Below, one piece after another: positions 12,501 to 23,800 of a stretch of DNA of 64,000 nucleotides. Position 1 is the stretch's first letter; each line of letters begins with the position of its first letter. Position numbers and translations under genes: made by a program. The stretch is from the NCBI GenBank assembly GCA_037379345.1, contig CM074511.1, positions 1,612,001 to 1,676,000 on the forward strand, read 5' to 3'. The notes under the pieces were generated by a model, which worked only from the letters and a program-made list of their open reading frames with translations, was not told where the DNA came from and searched no databases. Origin of the DNA: Perna viridis (Eukaryota).

Positions 12501-14197
12501 TATAACTAGTATGTATCTAGTCAGTATCATAAATAACTAGTATGTATCTGGTCAGTATCATAAATAACTAGTATGTATCTAGTCAGGATCATAAATAACT
12601 AGTATGTATCTAGTCAGGATCATAAATAACTAGTATGTATCTAGTCAGGATCATAAATATAACTAGTATGTATCTGGTCAGTATCATAAATAACTAGTAT
12701 GTATCTGGTCAGTATCATAAATAACTAGTATGTATCTAGTCAGGATCATAAATAACTAGTATGTATCTAGTCAGGATCATAAATATAACTAGTATGTATC
12801 TAGTCAGGATCATAAATAACTAACATTTCAGATTAACAGAGAATAACAAAGTACAGTTAACAGATTATGGTTACACACAGTTATTTACATCTGAGTTTTA
12901 TTCTATGGAGGATGATAAACGTCAACAAATAGTTAAATGGATAGCACCAGAATGTCTGGATAACTTCCAGTTTACTACATCCTCTGATATTGTAAGTCAA
13001 TAATGTGTACATACACTTTACACTGTGTATAACTGTAGAGACAGTTCCTACGTATGAGATATGAAATACTTATTTGTTCCTTCACTTAAATATATGCAAT
13101 AAGTTCACCTAAAATTTTACATTCACATCCATGAAAAAACTAAAACAGTATGTTGAATGAGAAATAGTCATGAACATCATATTTACATGACATCATGTTA
13201 CATTCATTTACATTACAGCAAATACACAATTTGATGGAAAATGTCCAGTTTTCTGCTAAACAGAGAGGGATTATTTTAAAGATGAATATAATACATAAAT
13301 ATTTTGATTAACTTGCTGATAAAACTTGAACCAAAATTTAAAGAAGATAAGATTTGTGTAGATATGATCGCCACTGTTGTATTTCAGTGGTCTTTTGGTA
13401 TAGTGCTATGGGAGTTGTTAACAAGGGGCGTAACTCCTTATCCAGATGTGGAACCGAAGAATATTAAGAGTTATTTGAATGGAGGCAAAAGATTAAAGAA
13501 ACCTAGACAATGTCCTGAGTCTCTGTAAGTATTTTATAATTAAATGAACTTAGTTATTCGGAAAATATGTGGTGGTTTTTCAGATACTTTTTATTACACT
13601 TTTGTACAGACACTTATTGTACACCTGTTGTACAGACAACTATTGTACAGACACCTGTTGTACTGACACCTATTGTATAAAGTAATGTTGCATGGAATAT
13701 CAAAGTTATAAAGCAACTGTTCCAAAAAATACTTTCTTAGTGGTAGCACAGGTCACACAGGTCAAGTCTTTCCCAAGCCTTTCAAACTGGTTTATAGAGT
13801 ATTTACTGCTTTGTAAGGGTTCTGATTTATGTGTATGAGTAAGGTGGCACAGCTTCCTGCCAGTTATTGCTTCTGAAAGCTAGTACAATAAAATTTGGAT
13901 GAGCAGACCAGTGCAAAGCAGGGTGTGTTTGATGGATCCAACATTCTTATCCTTAATGGTATGAAATGTTAGACTACAGTCAATCAAAACAAAACATGAA
14001 ATTATGGTTTTTGTTACAGGTACTTGTTGATGTTACAGTGCTGGACTGAAGTAGCTAATGATAGACCAACATTCCATGATATCCTCTCTGAAATCAAGAA
14101 ATTCATATCTAAAGAAGAATCTAATGATATTACTCAACCCTTATCCACTAAAATAGAACCTGGAGGTTCATCTGAGTACTTAGAGGTTGTTGGATAA
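572..14197 (+). CDS. MET/RON(HGFR)-like receptor tyrosine kinase, 3' portion (IPT/TIG repeats, TM helix, pseudokinase domain); 5' exons lie upstream of the window
   Basis: GT-AG exons join in frame: 572-723, 3441-3546, 3889-4025, 4712-4879, 4992-5085, 5707-5964, 7301-7459, 8020-8302, 10078-10197, 10748-10831, 10982-11166, 11606-11715, 12832-12991, 13388-13524, 14020-14197 (TAA). IPT motifs FSPSVGPAGGKTNVSISG, TPTMGPRSGGTMITIGG, SPKKSILRGGTKVVVKG. TM IALGIILGVVIPIIAIILLLAFCII followed by KRQRK. Kinase motifs KGFYG, [45 protein letters not shown], CW...RPTF. IPT+TM+TK is the MET/RON architecture. Confidence 0.9.
1146..2609. mobile_element. MITE with long imperfect terminal inverted repeats, interrupted by the LINE
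   Basis: TACACAGCCAAATGTGCCACATATG (1146) pairs with CATGTGTGGCACATTTGCATATGTA (2585-2609); similarity continues inward (aatcatttg...gatgat). Confidence 0.6.
1302..2498 (-). mobile_element. 5'-truncated non-LTR retrotransposon (LINE; C-terminal part of RT ORF)
   Basis: 347-aa ORF 2498-1455 with YKYLGV, APIIDYNAAIWG, LRIETGRY and RICRLC...EDEIHFLTEC; 3' UTR ends in an AATAAATAAT-like tail near 1302. Confidence 0.88.
3118..3310 (-). repeat. Dispersed repeat, related to the copy at ~49245-49490 (and through it to ~44105-44210)
   Basis: aatcaagggaac...acaaagacc...agcaactc(a/g)gactc is shared with 49247-49420. Confidence 0.55.
6261..7332 (+). repeat. 60-bp tandem array (18 copies) of the splice acceptor plus first ~32 nt of exon 7301
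   Basis: Unit gttttgactgttcatttcag|ggtcacttccaagatatacagcagctgattatgacataaa with exact 60-bp period; the last copy is the functional acceptor. Confidence 0.95.
8269..8590 (+). repeat. ~64-bp tandem array (5 copies) of exon end plus splice donor
   Basis: Unit aaggctgatcttaatggccagattcctaataatg|gtaactatctcaatcttctttacctccttc; the first copy is the real exon end at 8302. Confidence 0.9.
8922..9846. mobile_element. Two adjacent copies of a ~455-bp MITE (8922-9371, 9386-9846)
   Basis: Each copy is bounded by TIRs GGTCTCACTAACCA(C/T)TTC / GAAGTGGTTAGTGAGACC; bodies are highly similar. Confidence 0.85.
10395..10647 (+). mobile_element. Short Helentron/HINE-like element
   Basis: Start gagtggggtatacagttttacccttgtcc; end gggagggtatcactagtgagcc...ttattgtt. 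Confidence 0.4.
11895..12831 (+). repeat. ~31-bp minisatellite (~30 copies) running into the acceptor at 12831
   Basis: Unit (t/g)atcataaataactagtatgtatctagtcag; the final unit becomes gatcataaataactaacatttcag|exon. Confidence 0.93.
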
Positions 14198-15448
14198 CTT
14201 TGAACACAAGTGTCAAATTGACAAGGTGTTGTGACAATCAGTAAGGGGAGATAACTCATAGAAGATGATTGAAGGGAAACAATTGACATTTAAGTCTGTG
14301 TTCTAGCTACTAATTGTGCCATTTTTTACCCGCAAACTAATTGATGATTATTGTACTTTTAAAGAACATTATGATGCAATATTTTTTAAACATTTTACTG
14401 TTTTTATTATTAATATTTAAGTTTATCATCAATATTGAAGTCTATGCATTAAATTTATTCAGTATTCATTTTTGAATTTGAATTGCTTTTTTTAACACAT
14501 ACATTGAACAATACCTTGCCTGTATCTCTTCCATTTGTGAGTCATTAAATGACTAATCCCTTGAGTCAGGATTTATCAATTATTTATGTAGATACAATAA
14601 TCTCAACTCCAAAATCTACCCTGCCAGTTTATGTAGATACAGATATCTCAACTCAAGAATCAACTTTGCCAGTTTGTTGCCTTTAGAAACAACTTCATAG
14701 AGTATTGCTACATGTAGACAAAGTATAAATAATGTCTGCATGTGGTATGACCCAAGGGGGTTAAAAGCCAGAGTAATAAAGATGGGGTACTTATACATAT
14801 TTTTGCATTTAAAGAATCTCATTTTTTTTTTTTTTTATTTAAATGGTCGTTTTTATGCATATCCTTTGACTTGTTAACATTTTACATTTTGTGATATAAT
14901 CTATTTATCTTGTTTCTTTTACACAATATATCTTTGATGGAATATTTTGTTTATTAAAATTGAGATAAATTTTGTACCAATATCTTAAGTGATACAAGCT
15001 GAAGTCAGTGGTAAAAAAAACTTGACAATTCAGGCATTAATACTTAGTCCATATCTTTGGGACCAGATCATTCCTTTAATTAATTTGATGCTAGTACATT
15101 AATGTTTAACTCAATAGGTCTATGCAGGCATGCTGTATTATACAGTTTGATAAGTGTCCTCTTTAATACTTCGTCCCTGTAAATGGTGCTTTATTTATTT
15201 TTACTTAATACATGCATTAACACATTTAAGTATTTGTAGTATGCCATTTTTTAATTTTGTTACCAAGTTTTTTTATTGCAGTATTTGATGTTTTATATCA
15301 TTGATATGTGATGGAACCTGACCTTTTGTGTGTATTTTAGTGTCATTTCTCTCCAAGAGAGTTCTGTGTTGTGTAATATTTAAGTGTTGCGCTTTTGTAT
15401 ATTTTACTTGATATTTATATTAATGTAATGATAGGAGCTTAAAATGAC

Positions 15449-15454
15449 AATAAA
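15449..15454 (+). terminator. Probable polyadenylation signal of the MET-like gene
   Basis: AATAAA after a ~1.25 kb U-rich 3' UTR-like stretch, followed ~15 nt later by GU-rich ggtgttgttttt. Confidence 0.5.
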
Positions 15455-15517
15455 TGCTTTTATGTTAAGGTGTTGTTTTTATTTTTTAAAATGTTCACCA
15501 TTGGTGAAAATCAGTGT

Positions 15518-15815
15518 GTTGACCCTTCAGAGGGGGTGATAGGAAGGGCTGTTGTCTACACTTGTTTCCCCAAGTTGGTTCGCTTTTGACCCTTCAGAGG
15601 AGATGGTGTTAATGGCTGTTGGATACACTCTTGTAACAAGGTGATTGGCTTTTGACCCTTCAGAGGAGATGGTGTTAATGGCTGTTGGATACACTCATGT
15701 ACCAAGTTGGTTGGCTTTTGACTCTTTGAGGGCAGATATGAATGTAAAATATGACTTGTGTTACCAAGTTGGATGTTTTTTTTTACTCTTCAGAGGGAGT
15801 GATATGAATGGCTGT
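15518..15815. repeat. ~66-bp degenerate tandem repeat between the convergent gene ends
   Basis: ttttgacccttcagaggagatggtgttaatggctgttggatacactc, about 5 copies. Confidence 0.8.
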
Positions 15816-17204
15816 CTTTGAAGTGAATCTGATCTATATAGAGAGATCAACACAGTTATAAAATAAAATGTATTCAATACTGAATCACATAATAACAATT
15901 GTCATATCACAGAGAACTTAATAACAAAATACACCTGCTTCAAATAAGTGTTACACAAACATAAAAAGTTGCTAAAAAAAAACAAATACGTGCAATGTAA
16001 ATCAGTAATATTAGCTAGCTTATATGTAAAACTAAGCAACATGATAAATGGATACCTGGTTTAAATCATTCCTATTCCTATTCCTATTCTTTCCTAGAGG
16101 GACTTGAAAAATAAACGTGTAAAATTGTCCCTATATTGGAAAGTAGAAACATACATAACAGTAATGTGTATAGGGAGTGAACAGTACACATGTACTGAAA
16201 ATAGGATAAAAAATGTAACATACAGACTGGTTTACATATCTTATGATTTAAAATTTATAAATGACATAAAATGGTTGGAATGTTTCTCATTACTTCATAC
16301 ATAAAATCAAACCAGGAACATAAAAGAATTGGATTAAGTTCTAGACATTATAGCAAACTATAAGAACAGCCAAAATGATATCAATATACGTTTTGCTTCT
16401 CTGGAAAATAAGAACCTACAAAAAACTATTTGAAGAAAACCTATTTTGCAATAGAAAAAGATTTAAGTATCTAACTTGATCTAATTGAACTTCTATGCAC
16501 TTATATCACTTAATAAATAAAAATCACTTGTCTACAATCAAAACAATAAGGCACTATATAAATACACATCGGATAATGATTTTTACTCCGCAGCAGTTCT
16601 ATTTACATTAGTTATATCAGCAGTTTCTCCACCGATTTGTGACAAAATATTGTCAACAAAATCTAATTTTGAGAAAATATCTTAACTTCTATCTAAAAAT
16701 AGATTCTATATACAGAGTCAGCAGATTTATACAGCAGTCATAAAAGATACATACAGCAGTTAGAAAAGTATACAAGTGGCATACAGCACTCAAGGAAAAT
16801 AATTCATACACAATAATAATATTAACATTATCACAGAAGAGCAAAGTAAGAGATCTGATCACTAAAATAAATAAAAGACAAATTCCAACTAATTTTATGC
16901 CACTGAGTAAATGCAAAATGATTTTTTATTAACCTTGAAATTATTACTTCCTACTGTCTAATTAAGCAGCACCAAAATGTCAACAAATCACAAGCAAGGT
17001 ATTGATATTTTAATACCTACCATTTATTTTTGGAGACTTTAAAAGCTGTTCCTTAAAAAAAAGGTATTGAGCCGAGATTCACCTTAATACAAAAATTTAC
17101 AAATATTAATCATCTACAGAGCACTTAATGTACACCACAACACTCATACGTCATGATTTATCACATAATTCTTTATTGCTTAGTTACACTCTAATAAAAC
17201 TAAA

Positions 17205-17495
17205 ACAAAGTCTAAGATGGTAAGAGATAGATGCTGTTACCCATCTCAAATAAAGTCTTCCTAAGATTGTAAGAGATAGATGCTGTTACCCATCTCAAAT
17301 AAAGTCTTCATAAGATTGTAAGAGATAGATGCTGTTACCCATCTCAAATAAAGTCTTCATAAGATTGTAAGAGATAGATGCTGTTACCCATCTCAAATAA
17401 AGTCTTCCTAAGATTGTAAGAGATAGATGCTGTTGCTTATCTGAAATAAAGTGTTCTAAGCTTGAAAGGGGTAAGTGCTGTTATTCATCTGAAAT
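17205..17495. repeat. ~50-bp tandem repeat (~5 copies) downstream of the CFAP92 stop
   Basis: taagattgtaagagatagatgctgttacccatctcaaataaagtcttc. Confidence 0.85.
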
Positions 17496-17807
17496 ATTGT
17501 AGAACAATATAAGGGTCCTCAAATTCACACAGATGAGCAATACTATCTTCAGAGTACAACAGAGGCAGTCCTGACTCATTCCAGATCTGCCTTAAAATCA
17601 TTAACTTCATTTACATGACAAGTAATTAGTAAAAATCCTTCAAGAAAAAAGAAAAAATTCCAAGTATTAAAATTTTAATACTCATTCTATCCATCTCTTA
17701 CAATCTGACAGGAAAGCTATACCTTGATATTCTACACTATTATCCTTGTATTCTTACTTCTTTCTCAAAGAATTTACAACTATACTATAGCTAACTATCA
17801 AAATAAA

Positions 17808-20800
17808 TCATTGAGCCATAGCCTCCATTTGGCTGTTGGTCATCATGTTTGTTTGTGAGTTGACAGAAGGGTCTATCACAGATTGACTCATAGTAGTTTT
17901 AGACTCCTGAGCAGGGTCTCCAGGAATCTGAGGACCCAAGGATAGTTCTGGTAATGCCCCAAACCGTTTTGGATCATCTGGTATCCTAAATAGATGGTTT
18001 TCTCTTTCAGCATCTGACAAAGGTTTGATGTCTTTTCTGTGTAATACAGCTCTCTCCTTATGGATTGCACTAAAACAAAACCAGTATTTATATATAACAA
18101 AACTTCACAGTTCAAACTGCTGTAAATATGACTGGTTAAGTAGTAGATAAAAAAAACATAATTCTAGGTATAGACAATTGAAAGGCTGATATCAATGCAC
18201 ATTTTCATTCTCTTTGTCAATAACCATTATCTAGGTCAGTGTATTGTAGAAAATTTTGCTCAATATTTATTTAATATTACTTACTTGAAGTCCTGGCCTT
18301 TCACAATAGCAAATTTTTTATGTTCATAATCATGAGTGGGTATTTTATTTTTGTCCAACAGCCAGCCATGGTCCTCAAATGGACCAGGATGGAATCCTTT
18401 ATTGTTCTCATCACCTTCACCTTGTACTGCAGGTAACAATGGCTTTCCTTCTAAACGTGACAGTGTGTCTACACTCGGATTTAATACCACATTTAATGGA
18501 GGAACATCCCTTAATGTATAGCCAGGCTTTTTCAAAGCATACTTTTCAGGTTTATCTTTCAACAAGCCCTTTAACTTATCAATCTGATTTTGTCCTTTTT
18601 CATCCATCTCTGTGGCAGGTAAACACCTATGAAAATGACCACGAGGGTCTTGAACAATGATTTTAGACTTCCATGTTTCATAGTCTTTTTGGAATGCTTC
18701 TATTTTTTCTTTTCTAAGTTTTTCTCCAGCTAAATGTATTGTGATTGGTTCCCTGATGAAACAAGATGCTGGTCTCTTGTACAACTCTAGATCATACTGA
18801 CGATGCATCCAAGGGAAACGGTCACGGTTCAGTGGAGGTTGTAACATTCCAACATGTAGTATATTCTCTCGCCATTGCTAAAAAATACAGAAATAACACA
18901 GAGTTCACGGTGAGTAAACAAACATTAGAATATAGAGTAAAAACTTACTGCTATTTTATGTTAATCATAGAAAGATGTTAAAGAATATTGTTTCTATCAC
19001 AATTTATTGTATAAAACATATCCTTTAGCATTAAATACGGTTGTAAAAGGACAATTTGTATTTTCAATGTTCCCTTTTAAAAAGTGATTGTATGGCATGA
19101 CTTACTTCCTTCAGAGAATCTCTTCTTGCTGTTCCAGGTTTTCTAGGGTGTATATTACTCTCCTGCATTGATCTAAAGCCAGGATATGACCATCCTTTCT
19201 CCGTCTTCCATCGAGCTTTAGATTCCTCTTCAGCTTGTTTCTTCAGTGCCTCTACATTAACAGGGACTACTGTCATAGAGTGGTGGTAGTCCTGACAATA
19301 AGTATATCTTGTATCTGGGTTCTACAATAATAAAATCAAATAGACTGCTGAGTGTCAAGAGTATGTAGATGTATGAATATATATAACAAATTACTATAAC
19401 CCACGCAACAAAGTTGGGAAGGGTATCATGTTTTTGACCCATCTGTCAGTCCGTCCGTCAGTCCATTTTCAGTTTTCCTGACTTTTTTTCTAAATGCTTG
19501 CAGATATAGACATGATTTTTTATATATAAATTCACCATAATAAAATCAGTTACAGGTTAAGTTTAATTTTTGTTCTGCTCTGATGATTTCTATCGAAATT
19601 ACGGGCCTTGAACTTAAAGCTGCATTAGCTGCCAAACTTGTTCAGTTTTGATTCTACTGAATTTTGCTGATTCAATGAAATAAGTTTGTAGTAATGCAGT
19701 TGAAGCAATTAATGTTGATAATACTTACAGAATATTATGAAAACAACATTTTTTTTTTAATCAGAGAAGATCGATAGGTCTGATCTAATTATTTTTTACC
19801 ATTACTTCCGAAGATTGCCGACAGGACATTCACCAGGGTTAAAAATACTTTAAACTTGAATAACAATAATGGATACACAGGTAAGCATGTGTCTTGTTTT
19901 AATTTTATTTCATCTATTTTTTGATTAGTTTTCAAATAAATAATGACTATATTTGAGCCATATTATATCACAATACATAAATTTCAAAAGGATTCTTGCA
20001 TTATATTCAAACTTTTTTCTTTTACAGCTAGAGTCCATTAGTCTTCCTTACTGTGGAATAACCACTTTCGCTTTGCAATCAGATTTGTTATTAAAGAAGC
20101 GACCCTTACAACACATGTGTGGATTAAGGTCACCAGAAGTCACATGCATACCAATTATATAGGTCGATTTTTTGTCTTGCAAGACAATAAATATATAGAC
20201 ACCTATTCCATGTATTTAATGCATTTTATTTGTGGATATCAAATGAAATTGAACAAGAAAAGTACAGTTTAGTAGAAACAATTCAAAGTTAAGGTATATT
20301 TCAAAAGAAACAAAAATTGATAGCTAAAGCAGGTTTAACAAAATTAACAGAAATAGCAGTTTTCCAGACTTTTTATTTTAAACACTTACAGATATTGACA
20401 TGATTTTTGGTACATAAGTTCACAATGATAAGTTACAGGTCAAGTTTACGTTTTGTTCCGCTCTGTTACCAAAATTACAGGCCTTGAACTTAGCAAAATT
20501 CTCAGAAATAACAGTTTTCCAGACTTTTTTTTGTACATGCTTACAGATATTGACACGATTTTTAGTATTTAAATTCACCATGATAAGTTACAGGACAAGG
20601 CTGTAGTTGGTTCTGCTCCAATGAATTTTACCAAAATTATAGGCCTTGAACGTAACAAAATTCACAGAAATAACATTTTTCTGACTTTTTTTTCTAAACG
20701 CTTGCAGATTATGACATGATTTTTGGTACATAAATTCACTGTGATAAGTTATAGGTCAAGTGTATGTTTTGTTCCATTACAATATTTACTTTGAATTAAC

Positions 20801-23800
20801 TAAAACTCAAAAGAAATCCAGTCTGGAGTTTTAAACTACCATTCTGAGTAACAGAAGTTAGAAGATAAAGGTCTAAAGCCTAAAAAACACTCTTATTCCT
20901 TTTTTATCGGGGTCCTTCTACATGTATTTCTCTTACAAAAAAATTTACTTTCGTATCCAACATGGGGACGTGTGGGGTATGTGAGCATGCTAAGGTTCTT
21001 TAATTTTAGCAGAATTTTCCTTGAAAATTCCTATTTAATTTATTGAGGGCCATATTGAGAAGTAATATAAACCACCAGCATTGACCATACCTTAGCTAAC
21101 ATCTGTCTGAGGTCTTCTTTAGCCAGTTCTGTAGAGTTAAGATACTGTGTACTGTAGTTATGAGACACTTTAACACCAGCTTTGATTGTTGGTACTTTAT
21201 TCAATTCATTCTCAATCTTGTTTATATCACTGGCATGTTTTACTGACTCCTAAAAAACATTTACATTTCAATTACATGATTTAAAAGTAGAAGGCTTAAG
21301 TGACCAAATGTCAGTAATTTTCATACTATGCTAATGTTCCATGGTAGAAAATATTGTTTTATCAATAGAAAATCATCTGAAGTTAAACATGTCATAACTA
21401 ATACATGTACATCTTGTGACAAGAAAATTATGTTGAGTTGTTGAAAAACACATTTAACACAAAAAAATTATCAAATTCATGATAAAAGTGTCAAACAGGA
21501 TTCTGGACCTCTCATATGTATGATTTGCTTTGTGAATAGAAAATTAAAAATGTGTTATGAAATACCTTATTTTCCTTTATATAATTGACTTTAGGTGGTC
21601 CTTTCTCTTTACAGGCCAATTTATACTCATATTCTCTATTAAAGTTATCTATTGGAGTCCACACTCTGGATGTCTCTCTCAATATCACTGGCTCTTCCTC
21701 AACTTTGACATCAGACTCATCTACAGGTTTTTCTCTTGCTGGTTGTAATTCTGGAAAACAAATAAAAAATCCTTCATTTCAATCATCTCTATTGTTTGTG
21801 TAAAATAGAAACAAATGTAACTTATATCTAATAAAAAGTCAAAGAAGAAGTTGAAAGCTTACTAATACACAGAAATAGTGAAAAATAAAACTGATTCTGG
21901 TAATCTTAATAGAAACTCAGTAGGAACCATCAGACATAAAATAGGTTATAAACTTGTACATATAATGTACTCTTTTATTATATAGTTAGCAGTGTTTATC
22001 AAATGTTCCCAGTGTAATAAATTTCCATAATTCACACTGCAAAATAAATTTGATAATTTCACTTTCAGACTTTCTCCCCCCAAAACCTCACAGCTTTGAT
22101 ATCAATCCGCCAATCACAGAATTTAAAATTCATTTTCAAGATATCAATAAATTATGAAGAAAATCTTTATAATAAATAGGATAATCAGTTGGTTATAGTG
22201 AATAACCAAAATATGATTACTCATGCCAAGAAAGCTAGAAGATGTAACACGTGCACAGAACAAATTTCACACACTCTTTAAATCTAGGCATTCTTCCTCA
22301 CTTGGGATAATATTTTGGTTATTAACTCTTTCCAATTAGTTATCCTATTATTATCACCCTGAAAGTTTTATTCCTAAATCATACCTTCAAAATCCTCCTG
22401 TGTAAGAGGAACACCAAATTCTTTACTCATAGAAATGACCATATCAGCTGTAGGGAACAAATCATTCCTTACAACATTCTTCATCTGTTGCATCTTAGTG
22501 ATCTGTAACAACAAACATCAACATATCATCCAATTGTTTACTTTACAGCAATATAAAAGAAATGATTCATATACTTACTATATCATTGTTTTCAAATTTT
22601 AGGAGAATTCATTCTTAAATTTTTCAATACAGAGAAAATTTTCATTTCTTAACCGTTTAAAGTCTTCACTAAAACATGTAATAATTGCACATACAGGAGC
22701 ATTATTTACAGAAGTTATGTTTATTACTGATTTAATTTTTCTGTTTTGATTCTAAAACTGATTTAAAGGTTGTAAATGATAACAGACCTCATGAAGTTTG
22801 ACTAGAGCTTCAAAACAAGGTCTGGGTACCATGTCCCTCACATACAGTAGAGGCTGTTGGACTATTATAGACAAAGGTTCATGTAACTTAATTCTACACA
22901 GATCTACATCTAATGGACCATATAGACGGTCTCCAAAACTATAGTCAGAGTTGAACAGCACTCGAACATCTGTAATCAAATAAATAACATACCATAAACA
23001 GGGCAATTTTTTGCACTGTCTTTTTTATTATTTTCATTAAATTTTTCATCAATCAATCTACTTTTGCAGTTTAAAATCAAGATCATTCCTCAAATCATAT
23101 TATAATGTACTTTCAAGAAAATATTTATAAAAGTTAAGTTTTGGAATAACAAGTCTTACCACAAAACAGTAAAAACTAAAACTGCCACAAAAATTCACAG
23201 TTTACTGTAACTGAAAATGTCTACATACAAAATATAAGATAAATTGAGTTCCACATATTTTCACCAGTATGTGAAAAAATTGTTATATCACATTCATTTT
23301 TCTTTTTGGATATCAATAGATTTGTTGTGAGATCAACAGTTTCTAAGGAAAGATCATACACAATTGATGTATACAAAATAAACATTGAACAGGTGTCTTT
23401 GTTAAATTGGAATTTGGTACTTTGAAATTTGGAATTTAATACTTTGTAAAATTGGAATTTGGTACTTGGTAAAATTGGAATTTGGTACTTTGTAAAATTG
23501 GAATTTAACATGGTATTTTGTAAACTCCACTACATGTATAACAGGAGAAATATAATTTGCTTGTAAAGAAATAGTGTGAGAGTTCAAATAAAGTGCTTCA
23601 AAAATATATGTTGTTACATTAAAAATAATCTTCTACATAAAATCCACCAGAAATGTCTTACCAGATTGTTCAGGCATAGGTAATGTATTCCATAGAGAAG
23701 ATACAGCTCTGTCACGGATTCCCTCCAGTATAAATAAATGGAGATCCCCATCCATTAACTGGAACCCTGTTACTATATTTAACTCTCTACTTCTCTGCTG

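Noticed and set aside
572-14197. MET-like gene as a pseudogene
   Set aside because: All 15 exons splice in frame with canonical sites and no stops; only catalytic residues are altered.
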